Part shown: positions 38,010 to 51,039 of the stretch, piece by piece
Numbering within the stretch: position 1 is the first letter of the stretch
Layout: the number at the start of each line of letters is the position of its first letter
Origin: Octopus vulgaris
Taxonomy: Eukaryota
Length of the DNA: 64,000 bases
Direction: 5' to 3'
Assembly (NCBI GenBank): GCA_951406725.2
Contig: OX597815.1
Coordinates: 160,208,001-160,272,000, forward strand
Position numbers and translations under genes: made by a program
The notes under the pieces: model-generated
Databases searched by the model: none
What the model saw: only the letters and a program-made list of their open reading frames with translations
Told to the model about the DNA's origin: nothing

Positions 38010-39410
38010 TGTCATGTAATTGGCACCCATGCTGGTGACACATAAAAAAGCACCCTTTGAATGTTGGGTGATATGCCATGCTTGAGAAGACTTATCAAAT
38101 CAAGTGAACTCACAGTCATGGTCAGTGCCAGTGGTGTGTAACTGACACTACCATCGGTGGAATGTAAAAAGCACTCTTCAAATTTTAGGTCTCACAGAGG
38201 CAGTGACAAGTGACTGAGACTTTTGGCAATAAACTGTGCTTGAGAAGACCTGTCAAGCCTTGTGAGATCGTAGTCATGGCTGATGCTGCTGTTTTGTAAC
38301 TGGCACCCATGCCAGTGACATATAAAAGGCACCAACAGCCTTCTTGGAGTGGTTGGAATTAGGCAGGGCATCTAGCTATAGAATCAATGCCAAATCAAAC
38401 TGGAGCCTGTGGTGGCTCCCCAGCTTACCAGTTTTCCATCAAACCATCCAACCCATGGACGAGGACAGCTGTGTAAAGAAATGCTGATCTCTAACTGTGG
38501 AAGGAACCTGTGGTAGAGGTAGACCCAGGAAGACATGAGACAAGGTGGTGAAGCATGATTTTCTAACTTTGGGCCTCACAGAGGCAATGGCCAGTGACCG
38601 AGACCTGTGAATGTTCCTTCTCGAACCATGCCTGGCTCATAAGGGCCGGTTTTCCGGTTTCATTGGCATATAGGTTCCCCACCTGGACGGGATGCCAGTC
38701 TGTCGCAGGTGAGCTGCAAGATGCAGGAGAAAAGAATGAGAGAAAGTTTTGGTGAAAGAGTCAGCAGAAGATTGCCAGCATCTTCTGCCAGAGCCGCATG
38801 GAGCTTAGGTGTTTCGCTCATAAACACACACATCGTCCGGTCTGAGATTCGAACCCGCGATTCCTAGACCGCGAGTCTGCTGCTCTAACCACTAAGCCAT
38901 GTGCCTCCACACCGAGACCTTTGGTGATATGCTGTGCTTGAAAAGACCTGTTAAGCCAAGTGAAATTGTAGTTGTGGCTGATGCTGGTGTCATGTAACTC
39001 GCACCCATGCTGGTAGCATGTAAAAAGCACCTTTCAAGTGTTGAGTTTCATGGAGGCAAGGTGGCCACTGCTGGTGGCATGTAAAAGCACTTTTCAAGTG
39101 TTGGGCCTCACAGAAGTAATGCCAAATGAGTGAGACTTTTGGCATTGTGCCATGCTTGAGAAGAAGACTCATCAAGCCAAGTGATATTATAGTCATGGCA
39201 GGTACTGATGTTATGCAAATTGCACCCATGCTGTTGGCACGTAAAAGCACCCATTACACTCTTGGAATGGTTGGCATTAGGAAGAGCATCCAGCCATAGA
39301 AGCCATGCCAAATCAGACTGGAGTCTAGTGCAGCCTTCCAAGCTTGCCAGCCCTGGTCAAACTACCCAACCCATGCCAGCGTGGACAATGGACGTTAATT
39401 GGTGATGATT
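38010..39410 (+). mobile_element. Stack of RTE-D 3' ends with internally repeated modules
   Basis: MDEDSCVKKC..GTCGRGRPRKT..LTEAMASDRDL / AVLEKTC; repeated GTAAAAAGCAC and GCTTGAGAAGAC modules; tail GGACGTTAA..GATGAT at ~39400. Confidence 0.75.
38607..38910 (-). mobile_element. Young tRNA-derived SINE (C-related, V-domain-like) with 10-bp TSD
   Basis: Head TGGCTTAGTGGTTAG...GGGTTCGAATCTC; ACCGAGACCT at 38597-38606 and 38911-38920. Confidence 0.85.
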
Positions 39411-39631
39411 GCGTATCAACCCATATGTGGACAATAATAACTAATTCTATTCAGAAGACAATATAAGTAGCTGTGTTACAACAGTAGAGACAAAACAAAA
39501 AACAATAAGCAAAAAAATAAATAATTGACATTAATTTGAAAGGGAGATAAACAGTGAGAGAGATAGAGTGTGTGTGTGTTTGAACGTGAAGAGAGAAAAA
39601 TTCCTTTGATTCTGTTCTCTTCTATCTATCT

Positions 39632-39662
<31 letters not shown>

Positions 39663-40504
39663 CTTCTCTTTCTCCCTCTCTCTATATATATGTATAAACA
39701 CACACACATATGCACTCATACATGTATATTTAAATACATGTATTCAAGTATGTGTGTGTGTGTAGATAGATAGATAGATAGACAATTTGTTGGATGCTTA
39801 GCTATGTAGATAGAATAAAGATACATTGATGAATTTGTTGAGAAAAACTTGCCATTGAATTTTGATTCTTTGTTGAAACTAATTTTATTTTGCTTAAGTT
39901 TATAATAACTTTGAGAAATGCATGAACATAACAAACACTATTTAACTATACATCCTCCCCATCACCACCGTAAATCTAAGATTTAATGCCTACCTGTAAA
40001 ATAGTACATGAAACCAGTCAAGCAAAGTTGTAAATTATGGTAAGAGAGATAAACAAACAGTGCATGGAAATGAATATGGTAATTCAGAGGAAATAGAGAT
40101 ACAACCTATATTTGAATGTATATAAATGTATGCTTGTATGCATTGCTTGCATGCTTTCTGTGTGTTTATACATACATCTGTGTATGTATGTGTGCATGTG
40201 TGTGTTTTTAGAATTTCTTGTTATGAAATACTAAAAAAATTGAAAGCAAATTTATATTTGTGATTATATATCTATATATATATATATCTATATCTATCTG
40301 TCTGTCTATCTGTCTGTCTGTCTGTCTGTCTGTCTCTGTCTGTCTGTCTGTCTGTCCGTCCGTCCGTCCGTCCGTCCGTCCGTCTATACACACATATATA
40401 TATATATAGAGAGAGAGACTTTTTCAATTCCTGAGTGTTATACTAATACATCTGTTTGTTTTGTACACCACCTGTCTTCGTCTTTTGTTTTTTTTGTGAT
40501 CTTT

Positions 40505-40551
<47 letters not shown>

Positions 40552-40555
<4 letters not shown>

Positions 40556-42883
40556 GTATTTCATAACGTCGGGAGATTTGGCATGGGAGAGAGAAATGAG
40601 AGAGGAGAACGTTTGGCTACCATGGCAGAGGCGAGGCAGCTCTACATCGGAAACAGCCTATTCAGGAAGAGGGAGAGGAAGAGATGGACTTGGATATCGC
40701 CGAACTCTAAGCACTGAAGCGAGATCGACTACATCCTGGTTGATAAGCGACGCATATTGCATGACGTCTTCGTCGTGACGCCATTCAACACCGGCAGCAA
40801 TCATCGTCTGGTAAGGGCGAGGGTCGTCATCGACGAGAAGAGGAAGAAGATGGCATTATATTTGGCGTCGAAGGGAAAACGTGTCCGAGTCTACAACGAG
40901 GCAAAGCTGCAGGAAGCCATCATGCAGGAAGACTGGTGCCAAGGAGATGACATAGATGATGACTACAACTCACTGATAGGGAAACTGAAGGAGTGTTTAA
41001 GGAAGGCTAAGGGTGTATGCCCAAGAGAAAAGAAGGAAAGAATCTCGGAAGAAACTACGAGGTTACTCAAGAAGAGGAAAAATATGAAGAGGACTATTGA
41101 AGATCACCTTGAATATTTCATTCTCAGCAGAGTGATTCGTCAGCAACTAAAGAAAGACTTTGAGGCATACCGCATGGAGAAGCTCCTGAAGGCCGCAGAG
41201 GAAAAGAAGAGCCTCAAGAAATGCAAGAGGGACATGGTACTATATAGATCGGAGGTGACAGCCCTGAAAAATACAGATGGAATACCGGTCAACGAGAAGA
41301 GCGAGATGGAAGAAGTTTGTGAAGACTTCTACACCAAGCTCTTTAAGTCTACCAGAAATGTCCAGCCATTACCACCACTCCAACAGGAAGAAAACGTGCC
41401 ACCTATCCTTGTCAGTGAGGTTGAAAGAGCCATCGGCTCAATGAAAAACGGAAAGGCTCCAGGGAAAGACGGTATAACATCGGAGGTGCTAAAGTCAGGC
41501 AGAGAGCAGCTCTGGAAAATCCTCGCTGAGCAATTTATGTACTATCTAGACGAGGGAAGAATTCCCTCGCAGTGGAAAGAGTCAAATACCATCCTGCTGT
41601 ATAAGAAGGGCGACAGAGAAGATCTAAAGAACTACGGACCCATATGCCTGCTGTCTCACGTGTACAAGCTGTTCACGGAGATAATTCTGAACAGGTTGTC
41701 ACGTCGTCTCGACAAACAACAAACGAGGGAGCAAGCAGGCTTTTGGAAGAACTACAGCACAATGGACCATATATTTGCTCTAACGCAACTGCTTGAGTGA
41801 GCAAATGAGTACAAGCTGCTTCTTTGCGTTGCATTTATAGATTATGAGAAGGCCTTCGATAGCGTCGAAACCAACGCAGTGCTCAACTCACTGCAGAGGC
41901 AAGGAATCGAAGCGCAATATGTGCAGCTGCTCAGAGAGGCAAATTCCGGATGCACCACCGACATAGCTCTACTGTCATCACCCATACGAGTGCCGGTCGA
42001 GAAGGGAGTGAAGCAAGGAGATACAATCTCCCCAAAACTTTTCACTGCATGTCTCGAACAGATCATCAGAGGCATCGAATGGCAAGGTGGTGTCAACATC
42101 AATGGTGAGCTCCTCACTCACCTCTGTTTCACTGATGACATCATACTCATCGCTGAAAACATGGATCAGCTTCAGACCATGCTGACGGAGCTCGACATCA
42201 AAAGTTCTGCAGTAGGTCTCAAGATGAACCGCATGAAAACAAAGTTCATGCGGTCAGACAACATACCAACAGGCCGAATGGTGATCGGCAGTGATGAAAT
42301 AGAGGAGGTGAGAGAATATGTCTACCTGGGACAGGAAGTAAATATGTGCCGGGATATCAAAAAGGAGATCTCATGGAGAGTAAGGGCCAGATGGAACGCG
42401 TTCAATGGCATAAGGGATGTGCTCAAGGGAAGGTTGGACAGGACCACCCGCGCCAACCTCATTAACAATGCAGTTCTGCCTGCAATGTTATATGGTAGTG
42501 AAACATGGGCTACCACAAAGAGAGAAGAGCAAAGACTGATAATGGCTCAAAGAGCCTTGGAAAGGTTAATGCTTGGTATCTCGTTGAGAGAGCGCATAAA
42601 TAGCAACATCATCAGAAAGAAGTCCGGCGTGAGAGATGTCTTCACAGAGTATACTCGCAGCAAGTATAGATGGGCTGGACACATCGCCCGGCTCACCGAT
42701 AATCGGTAGACACACACAGTTGTCGAGTGGTACCCGCGTGAGTGGAAAAGACCATCCAGAAGACCTCCATGACGGTGGAGTGACGATTTCAAGAGGACGA
42801 TTGGGATCACGTGGATGAGAAAGGTGCGATCCAGAGAGGAGTGGACAGCGTGCTGTGACCAGCAGTGTCAAATTGATGCCTGA
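40552..42883 (+). pseudogene. RTE endonuclease/reverse-transcriptase ORF with in-frame stops only
   Basis: ORFs 40496-40717, 40757-41800 and 41879-42709 share one frame; stops at ~40715, 41798, 42707 and 42770; likely natural stop at 42881-42883. Confidence 0.9.
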
Positions 42884-42912
42884 TGGACTGGTCGGTCAAA
42901 GTGATCAAAGTG
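40552..42912 (+). mobile_element. RTE-clade LINE, 5'-truncated in the APE domain, inserted in (TA)n
   Basis: APE motifs WTWISPN, EIDYIL, SNHRLV; RT motifs KAPGKDG, PICLLS, DYEKAFD, KQGDTISP, FTDD, YVYLG; C-terminal WAGHIAR; short UTR with a (TCAAAGTGA)2 tail. Confidence 0.95.
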
Positions 42913-42924
42913 ATATATATATAT

Positions 42925-43375
42925 CATCATCATCATCATCGTTTAACGTCTGCTTTCCATGCTAGCATGGGTTGGACGGTTCAACTGGGGTCTGGGAAGC
43001 CCGAAGGCTGCACCAGGCCAGTCAGATGTGGCAGTGTTTCTACAGCTGGATGCCCTTCCTAACGCCAACCACTCCGAGAGTGTAGTGGGTGATTTTATGT
43101 GCCACCGACACAGGTGCCAGACGAGGCTGGCAGACGGCCACGCTCGGATGGTGTTTTTTATGTGCCACCGACACAGGTGCCAGACGAGGCTGGCAGACGG
43201 CCACGCTCGGATGGTGTTTTCTTATGTGTCACCGACACAGGTGCCAGACGAGGCTGGCGGACGGCCACGCTCGGATGGTGTTTGTTACGTGCCCTCAGCA
43301 CGGAGGCCAGTCATTGCGGTACTGGCTACGGTCACGTTCGGATGGTTTTCTTATGTGCCACCGGCACTGGTACCA
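42925..43375 (-). mobile_element. RTE-D 3' UTR with internal ~63-bp minisatellite
   Basis: (CAT)n tail, GGATGCCCTTCCTAACGCCAACC; units start near 43095, 43158, 43222, 43285 and 43351. Confidence 0.85.
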
Positions 43376-43624
43376 CAAGGATACAAATTCCATTGATGTT
43401 CATCTATTTTGATTTGGTTCGATTTGATTATATATATATATATATATATATATAGATAGATAGATACATAGATCGTATTTCCCCAATGGATTTGATATAG
43501 TTAAAATAACAAAGGTTATCATCAGGATTAAGAAAGGATGCATAAATTAATGTCTTGTGTCGGTATGTTGAAGAATTGTCAGTAATGTTATTTGGGTGTT
43601 ACTGTGAAATGAAACTGAAAACTA

Positions 43625-44135
43625 TGAGGTGCATTCCAGAAGATTTGGGATTATTTTTCGAAGAGACAGTTATAACTGTTCTAGGTTACTAGAATTTTAC
43701 TAAGAGCAGGCAAAACCATTAGCATGCTGGGCAAAATTCTTAGCAGCATTTTGTCCACCTTTATGTTCTGAGTTCATATTTCCCCAAGGTTTACTTTACC
43801 TTTCAACCTTTTGAGGTTCAATAAAATAAGGACCAGTTTGACATTGGGATCAATGTAATCAACTTGCCCTCTCCTCCAAATGTCAGGACTTGCACCTTTA
43901 GTAGAAAGGATTACTATCCATATAAGCTGACTTGCCAAATTTTGTTATTCCAGATTGAAGGAGACACTTTGAACTCACCCTGCTAAACAACGTTTATCAC
44001 AGCTGACTACCTTGCAGAATACTGTTGGGTCATGAAGACAACAATCTGGAAGCTTGCAATGCAATAAAGTTTTGTGTTGAACTGGACAAAAATACTACAA
44101 AATCTTATGAAATCCTCTAGACTGCTTATGGATTA
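43625..44135 (+). mobile_element. Mariner 5' fragment interrupted by SINE B (~43705-43915)
   Basis: TA|TGAGGTGCATTCCAGAAG TIR-like start; NAIKFCVELDKNTTKSYEIL*TAYG N-terminus. Confidence 0.55.
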
Positions 44136-44139
44136 TACA

Positions 44140-44815
44140 GCTTGGTATTTATGCTGAAAGCTCCAATACACACATTTCAGAGTGTTTGGGTGTCAATCTG
44201 AGGACATGCACTGAGAGTGATAAAAATCAAATATCCAATCAACATTATGGAGTTGGAGTGATAGCAAACTTAGGACTCCATTCATCTTCCCATTCAGCCT
44301 CAGACTCAACATGGAGGCCTACATCAAGTGCCTGGAGGAGGTAGTGTAGCCCTGGGTCAAGATGGCTGTTAGAAGACCCTATGTGTGGCAACAGGATTCT
44401 GCATCATGCCACACAAGCAAGAGAACCCAGTGATAGCTGTCAGGTAATTTCTGCGACCACATCACCCCTAACATCTGGCCACCTAACTCCCCAGACTGCA
44501 ATCTCCTCGCTTATTGTGTGGGGTACAGTTGAGCAAGAAGCAAACAAAACTCCTTGTAACACTAAAGATGAGCTGAAGGCAAGGATTATGGCAGCATTCA
44601 CCGACTTAAACAAGGAGACTATCCAGAAGAGTTGCAAGAGATTTCAAAGTCATCTAGAGGCCATGGTTGAAGCCAATGGCAATTTTATTGAATAAATTTA
44701 CTGTCTAGTATTTCAAGATATTTTTTATGTAATTTTGGTAAATATATCTGTTAAAATGAGATGTCAGTGTTATTTTCATTTTTGCATAATTTGATGACAG
44801 TTTATTCACCCCACC

Positions 44816-44818
<3 letters not shown>
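44140..44818 (+). mobile_element. maT/DD37D-like Tc1-mariner deletion derivative, right TIR retained
   Basis: YVWQQDSASCH, IWPPNSPDCNLL..VWGTVE, ...LEAMVEANGNFIE*; ends ...CACCCCACCCTG|TA next to (TA)n. Confidence 0.75.
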
Positions 44819-44879
<61 letters not shown>

Positions 44880-44910
44880 GCGTGCCCAGATGCCACAGCT
44901 CAATGAGCTG

Positions 44911-44965
<55 letters not shown>

Positions 44966-45759
44966 CAACGATTATCTGAGGTAGTTTGGCAAGGCACAGA
45001 GTATCAGATATGTGACAGAGAATATATGAGGTATGAAACAAAATATCTAAGGAGTGCCACACACAACGTCAGAAGAGTGGTATACTAATTATCAGAGGAG
45101 TAGCATGCAGAATAATAGCAATGTGACAGAATATTAGATGAGTGATACAAAATATCTGAGTTGTCATACATTGATCTCCATTCTCCAGATACACTGAATA
45201 TTTTATCATGAAGAATGTGTTGTGTAACAGTATGATAATCATTGATTCCCAAAGGACTTATGAGAAATTTAGTGGCTCAGTACAGAACTTCAGTCTTGAT
45301 AGCTATTGTTATTATTTAGATGTGGCTCAACTTTGATGGAGCAGAACTATGAACAAAGTATTCTAACTGTAATGAATTTATCTTTTTTATATGAAGGGTA
45401 ACACTGGAAAATGTACATACATCTGACTCCTCTAATAGTCACAGGTGTTATGAGTAGATTTCGAGCTAGGGGTTTTAAAGTATAGAGGCACATTTGCTTG
45501 CACAAAAGTAAATTCATGTTATGTGTATGTGTCTATTTTGAAGTGTATTCATGTATTTTTATGTTCGTCTCTGTCAGGTTGTAGTGACAGTTTTATGATT
45601 GCTTGGTTGTAATGTCTTCGTATGTTGTAAATGTGTCTCTTCATGGCTGTGTGATTGGAACAGTGTTTGTTCAAGAATTTCCTATTTTTTATATAGAAAT
45701 ACGAAATTACATTACTTACTCAGCTTTCATGACATAAAGGATTAATATATATATATGTA

Positions 45760-46910
45760 TCTTTTCTTCAGTTTTTAAAACATTTGAAATCTTCCTGAAA
45801 GAAAGGAACTGGTTTCTAACAAAGACACAATGCTCTATTGCTGGAGAGTAGATAACAAAAGCAAATTTACACTTTGAACTTGAAAAAACCTTGCATATTT
45901 TTATTGTTCCACTTATTACATTTGTAATGTGCAAGTTAGCTGGTTGATTTCTTTTTCAGAAAACCCAAGCTTACCCAGATTGTGACTTAGAAATTTTCTC
46001 ACAAAATCAAGTGCACCAATTATTATTGGCATAAATGTGAATTTATAATTTGAGTATAGAAGCTGGAGCTTCTGAGCAGCTTTCTGTAGCTATCCTCTCT
46101 CTCTTTGATTTTTGAAGAGATGTTCACCTCAACAGAGTTGCTGATGTCTATGACAGTATGTATATTTTCTTGTTTGCCCCAGACAAAAATATCCAGCCTG
46201 ATATGTTTGCACTTGGAAAGTTTCATCAATATTCTTTGAGTTGATGTCTATGTATGTATTCAATAACAGAGGATTTTCTATTTCATCCCAAGATGATTTT
46301 TTTCAGGTGTCATTGCATACTACTTTAGCAACAAGGCATATTGCATTGGAAGGTAGCCCCTTGATGACATTTTTGGGCAGGTGTTTGTCAGGTGCATGAT
46401 GTCTTCAAGAGAAATCATCATCATCATCATCGTCGTTTAGCGTCCGTTTTCCATGCTAGCATGGGTTGGACGGTTCTACTGGGGTCTGTGAAGCCAGAAG
46501 GCTTCATCAGGCCCAGTCAAATCTGGCAGTGTTTCTACGGCTGGATGCCCTTCCTAACGCCAACCACTCCGTGAGTGTAGTGGGTGCTTTTTATGTGCCA
46601 CCCGCACAGGTGCCAGACAGAACGGATGGTGCCACGAACGGATGGTGCTTTTTATGTGCCACCGGCACAAGGGCCAGGCGAGGCTGGCAATGGACACGAA
46701 GCGGGGCGGTGCTGGCAACGGTCGCGAAACGGAAGGTTCTCTTACATGCCACCGGCACTGGTAACATGATATAATTAACAGTTTTGGTTGTATCTTGATG
46801 CTCCAAAGGCTTCACTGTCACCTTTGTCTATTAAGTATTTTGTAGCAATCTCCTGTTCTTGGATTGCAAATGCTTAGCCTTAGAAGTGTGATATGATGTA
46901 GTGATCATTA
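45760..46910 (-). mobile_element. Older R4-c-related LINE fragment, interrupted by an RTE-D tail (46414-46765)
   Basis: SHF*G*AFAIQEQEIATKY, KHIRLDIFVW, PIIIGAL, ISGTIKICK. Confidence 0.7.
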
Positions 46911-46988
46911 GCCCAGGAGAAGCTGCATTTCATGGTGATATTACTGTCATTTTCAAGACTTTAGGAAACGTGTGTATATGTGCGTGTA

Positions 46989-48952
46989 TCGGGTTTAGTC
47001 AAAGCATTTCTTCACTTTTTACCTTTGTATATATACACTCAAATACTTCACACAACAATGTAGTTCAATATGAACTTGTAATGATTCACTCTAAAATGGA
47101 AAACCAAAATGAACATTATCAACAAGTCATGTTTTGACATTTTAAAGAAGGCAAGAAAGTGGAAGAAATTTGCAGCAGAGTGTATCTGTGTAAGGAGAGG
47201 ATGCTGCAACGGAATGTATGTACTAAAAGTGGTTTCTAAGATTTCAATCAGGAAAGTTTTCTATTCAAGATGCACCTCAGACTGGCCAGCCAGCTGAGAC
47301 TAACAGCAACAAAATGAAGGAGTTAGTTGAAACCAATTCTTATGCAACCAGGATGATCACACATGTTGAATACCATCTATATCGACTTGGTTACATAAGC
47401 ATGGCTCAATGTTTGGGTCCTACATTAATTGAGTGCGGAGAACACGGTCCAACAAATGTGCATCTGTGATTCATAGCAGATGCATGAAGAAAACAATCCT
47501 TTTTTTGAAGAAAATAGTGACAAAGCACTAAAAGATGGATTGTCTAGTGTGAAACATGACAAACCACCACAAACAAACATCGAAGCTGGACTTCACCAAA
47601 AGATTATCCTTTGAATTTGGTGGGATTCAAAGGGTATTGTTTTTTATGAGCTTCTTCTCATGGACATGACCATTAATCAATTTTGATGTGTACTGTGACC
47701 AGCTGGACAAATTATATGCAGTAATCCATCAAAAGCATCCAGAACTTGCTAATCATAAGAGCATCGTCACTCATCATGATAATGCCAGACTGTGCACTAT
47801 TTTTCAGACACAACAAAAATTACAGAGTCTTCCTTGGAAAGTTCTGCTGCACCCTCCATATATCTTGTTCCTTCAAATCTCATCCTGTTTTAGTCTCTTC
47901 AAAATTCATTGGGTGATCAGACCATCAGCTCTGTAGAGGTAGTAAAAATTCCGCTCGAAGAGCTCTTCATCAGTAAAGATGGGTAATTCTTTGAACAGGG
48001 AATAATATATCTACTCACAAGATGGCAGAAGATACTGTAACTAAACAGCAGTTATGAGGGAGAGTCAAAAATTATATGCACTCTTGTTTCTTTCAATGTA
48101 TTTACACAAAAGCAGGAGATAAATAAGGACATCATTTTTCTATATAGTCTCCTACCTTTGCAATGCACTTGGTCCAGTGGTCCACAAGCTTGCATATTCC
48201 TGCCAAGAATGTTGCCAGTTGGTTGTGCAGCCAATTGTACACCACTTCCTTCACATCCTCATCCATAGAAAATTGATGACCTCATAAATCGTATTTGAGC
48301 AGCACCTCAACACCTAATTGGTTAATGATTTCAATAGTTTGGGTGGCCGTGTGTGGTCGTGCATAGTCATGCAAACAACAAAACTTTCTTCGACAATAGG
48401 CCTTGGCATTTGGTGCAAATTGCTAGCTTCAGTTTGCTGGCCAGCAAAGCACTGTATCTTGCACAGTTGATTGTACACCCCTTTTCTTTGGTGCACATTG
48501 CCAGTGGAGTGGAAATTCTTACACTGTAAAGCCAGGAAAAAATATGGTGCAATCAGGCTCAAACTTCGATCATGTGACCACAATAGTATCAACTATAAGA
48601 ATGCATATGCAGAAGGCATGGTAACAATGATAAAGATATGTTACAGCGAAAGTGCGGATAATTTTTGACTTCCCCTCATTGACTGAATACATCACTTTAT
48701 GTTTAAAGCTTCTGTCTTATATTGTTATATTTGGGGAAAATAATTCGTTTTTTTTTTTAGTGGTTTTTGTCAATTAACCACATGCACTATGTACTTGGTC
48801 TTCACTTCAGCTTTATTATTATTCTTATCTTAGTGACCTTTTTTTGAAATCTTTTGTCACACATCCTGTGACCCCTTCAGTGACTCTCTATCCCACATGT
48901 CTCCTCTTGTTCTGTTTAGTCTAAAAGTGAATGAACTCTTTGGCCAACCCAA
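46989..48952 (+). mobile_element. Degraded mellifera-like mariner with nested insertions
   Basis: Imperfect TIRs (TCGGGTTTAGTCAAAG.. / ..CTTTGGCCAACCCAA) with TA flanks; MENQNEHY start at 47096; HHDNAR, WKVLLHPPY. Confidence 0.75.
48055..48678 (-). mobile_element. Nested irritans-like mariner deletion derivative with both TIRs
   Basis: TGAGGGAGAGTCAAAAATTATATGCACT / AGTGCGGATAATTTTTGACTTCCCCTCA; DEDVKEVVYNWLHNQ...KLVDHWTKCIAKVGDYIEK*. Confidence 0.85.
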
Positions 48953-48980
48953 TATATATGTATGTATGTATGTATGTATG

Positions 48981-49534
48981 TCATCATTCAGTTTTATTTC
49001 AAGATTGCTCACTAATAGAGAAAGAGCCAGTTTCTAACCTAGATCCAAGGCTCCTTCATTAGAATTTCAACATCAACAGGTTATTTTTGTTTGTCTGTAT
49101 CTATATGTGCAGATTTGTGTGTGTATGTATGTTTGCATTGTGTGTGCTTGTATGAATGTTTGTAGGTACTTATGCATGTAGTCATGTATATAGTATGAGA
49201 GTAAAGACCCTCCTTGGTCATGAATGACCATGGGATTGCACCGAGAAAGTTAGCCTCCAAGGCATAAGTCCGGGCAAGGTTGTTTATGGAAGACCAGCAG
49301 TCATCCATACATACAAGCCTCCCCTCTCCATGCCACTGATGTTACACAAGGGAAAGTGCCAATACAGCTTGGCACTAGTATCATTTAAACTTATTTCGGC
49401 AGCTGTGTGAACTGGAGCAATGTAAAATAAAGTGCCTTGCTCAAGAACACAACACACATACCAGGTCAGGAATCGAACTCACTACCTCATGATAGTGAGT
49501 CCAACATTCTAACCACTCAGCCATACACCTTCAC
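48981..49534 (-). mobile_element. Composite SINE: family C tRNA head and body plus R4-c LINE 3' UTR tail (full-length copy)
   Basis: Head GGCTGAGTGGTTAG...GAGTTCGATTCC; 48981-49077 matches the R4-c UTR at 20810-20905; ends in (CATA)n. Confidence 0.8.
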
Positions 49535-50292
49535 TATATGGTATGAACATTCGTATTATATATATGTGTGTATATGTATGCCTAAATATTTCTGGTTTTA
49601 TGTATAAATATAGCAATATGCTTATATGAACATGTCTGTTTGTCTGAAAGTATGTGCATGTTAGTGAGTGAGTGTGTGTTTGTGTGCAGGCAGTTATGAT
49701 GTTGCCACAGAATTTATTTGCGATTTACAGTTCATTGTGTTTGTGACAAGAGTTAGAGGTTAAGTCATAACCGCCACAGTCCATTATAAAACTTATATAT
49801 TGATTATAAATCATAGCTATTAGCAGAATATAACACTGGTAAAAAACAAAAAACAAAAAAAAATGAAAAAAAAAAGAAATGCCTATAAAGTATCTAATCT
49901 TATTTCTATTTTCACCATTTGCTTTTATGCAATCTCCGTATCAAGTTGCTAACATTTGTCAATGATGATATGACAGATCATTATAACAAAGAACAAAAAA
50001 AAAAAAGCCATTCAGATAGCTCTGTTATTCTTTGAGGATTTGTAGGTTTCAATTCCTAACAGGTTATTGCCATGAAACTATTGATACTTTCTCTGTATTA
50101 AAAATTGAGGAATTGAATAATTTGTTACAATCTGTTTCAGTTAAAAATGATGCGACTGTTATTATTCTCGTTAAGTAGATATCATGTCACTGAAGTTAAT
50201 GCGATATGGTAGTTAAACTGTTAAGTTTGGGAAAATGCTTTTATGTGAGTGAATGAAGAAAACTTTGTAGCTGAGAATTTAGTTAAATCCTT

Positions 50293-50819
50293 CAACCTTT
50301 AAACTGGCCATATCCGGTCCAAATATTCTACATGTTTTATGTTCGAATGGACCAGATCAGGTCTCTCACAACTACCCTACAATGTCATTCTTAAAGTAAA
50401 TAACCGCATCATCAAAATCTCAAAGTTACAAGATAAAGTATGATTGATTAAAAACAGTATTACATTTGACAGTAATCTGAATGCTTCAGTCATTTGACTG
50501 TGGCTATGCTGGAGCACCACCTTTAGTCAAGCAAATCGACCCCAGGACTTATTCTTTGTAAGCCTCTTTTGCTGAACCACTAAGTTACGGGGTTGTAAAC
50601 ACACCAGCATTGCTTGTAAAGCAATGTTGGGGGGTCAAACACAGACACACACATATATATATATATACATATGTATGACGGGCTTCTTTCAGTTTCCATC
50701 TACCAAATCCACTCACAAGGCTTTGGTCGACCCGAGGCTATAGTAGAAGACACTTGCCCAAGGTGCCACACAGTGGGACTGAACGCAGAACCATGTGGTT
50801 AATGTGCCTAATGGGTTAA
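50293..50819. mobile_element. piggyBac-like MITE interrupted by SINE A (50486-50800, minus)
   Basis: 50293-50485 is homologous to 59836-60049; a GGGTTAA terminus lies at ~50813-50819 after the SINE. Confidence 0.6.
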
Positions 50820-51039
50820 TTTTTTTGTATTTTCAAAATGTTCATAAGAATGTTGAGAATTTATGTTGAGTTATCTATGTATATATAAAAAGTTAACTTG
50901 TGATATTAACTTTAAATTCAAATTTATGAATAATAATAACAGGGAAACCTAATCAGCTGTGGAGTAGTGTGTTCTGAAAACATGTTGTCCAGAATAAGGG
51001 CAAAGTGGAAAATGTTCAGATTTTTGCTAGCAACTAGTA

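Noticed and set aside
38830-38910. tRNA gene-like sequences (also 9470-9540 and 49455-49534)
   Set aside because: A/B boxes are present, but they continue into SINE bodies with TSDs and I could not form a complete cloverleaf.
43090-43375. CRISPR-like repeat/spacer appearance
   Set aside because: The 'spacers' are homologous to each other, there are no cas genes, and the context is a eukaryotic retroelement UTR.
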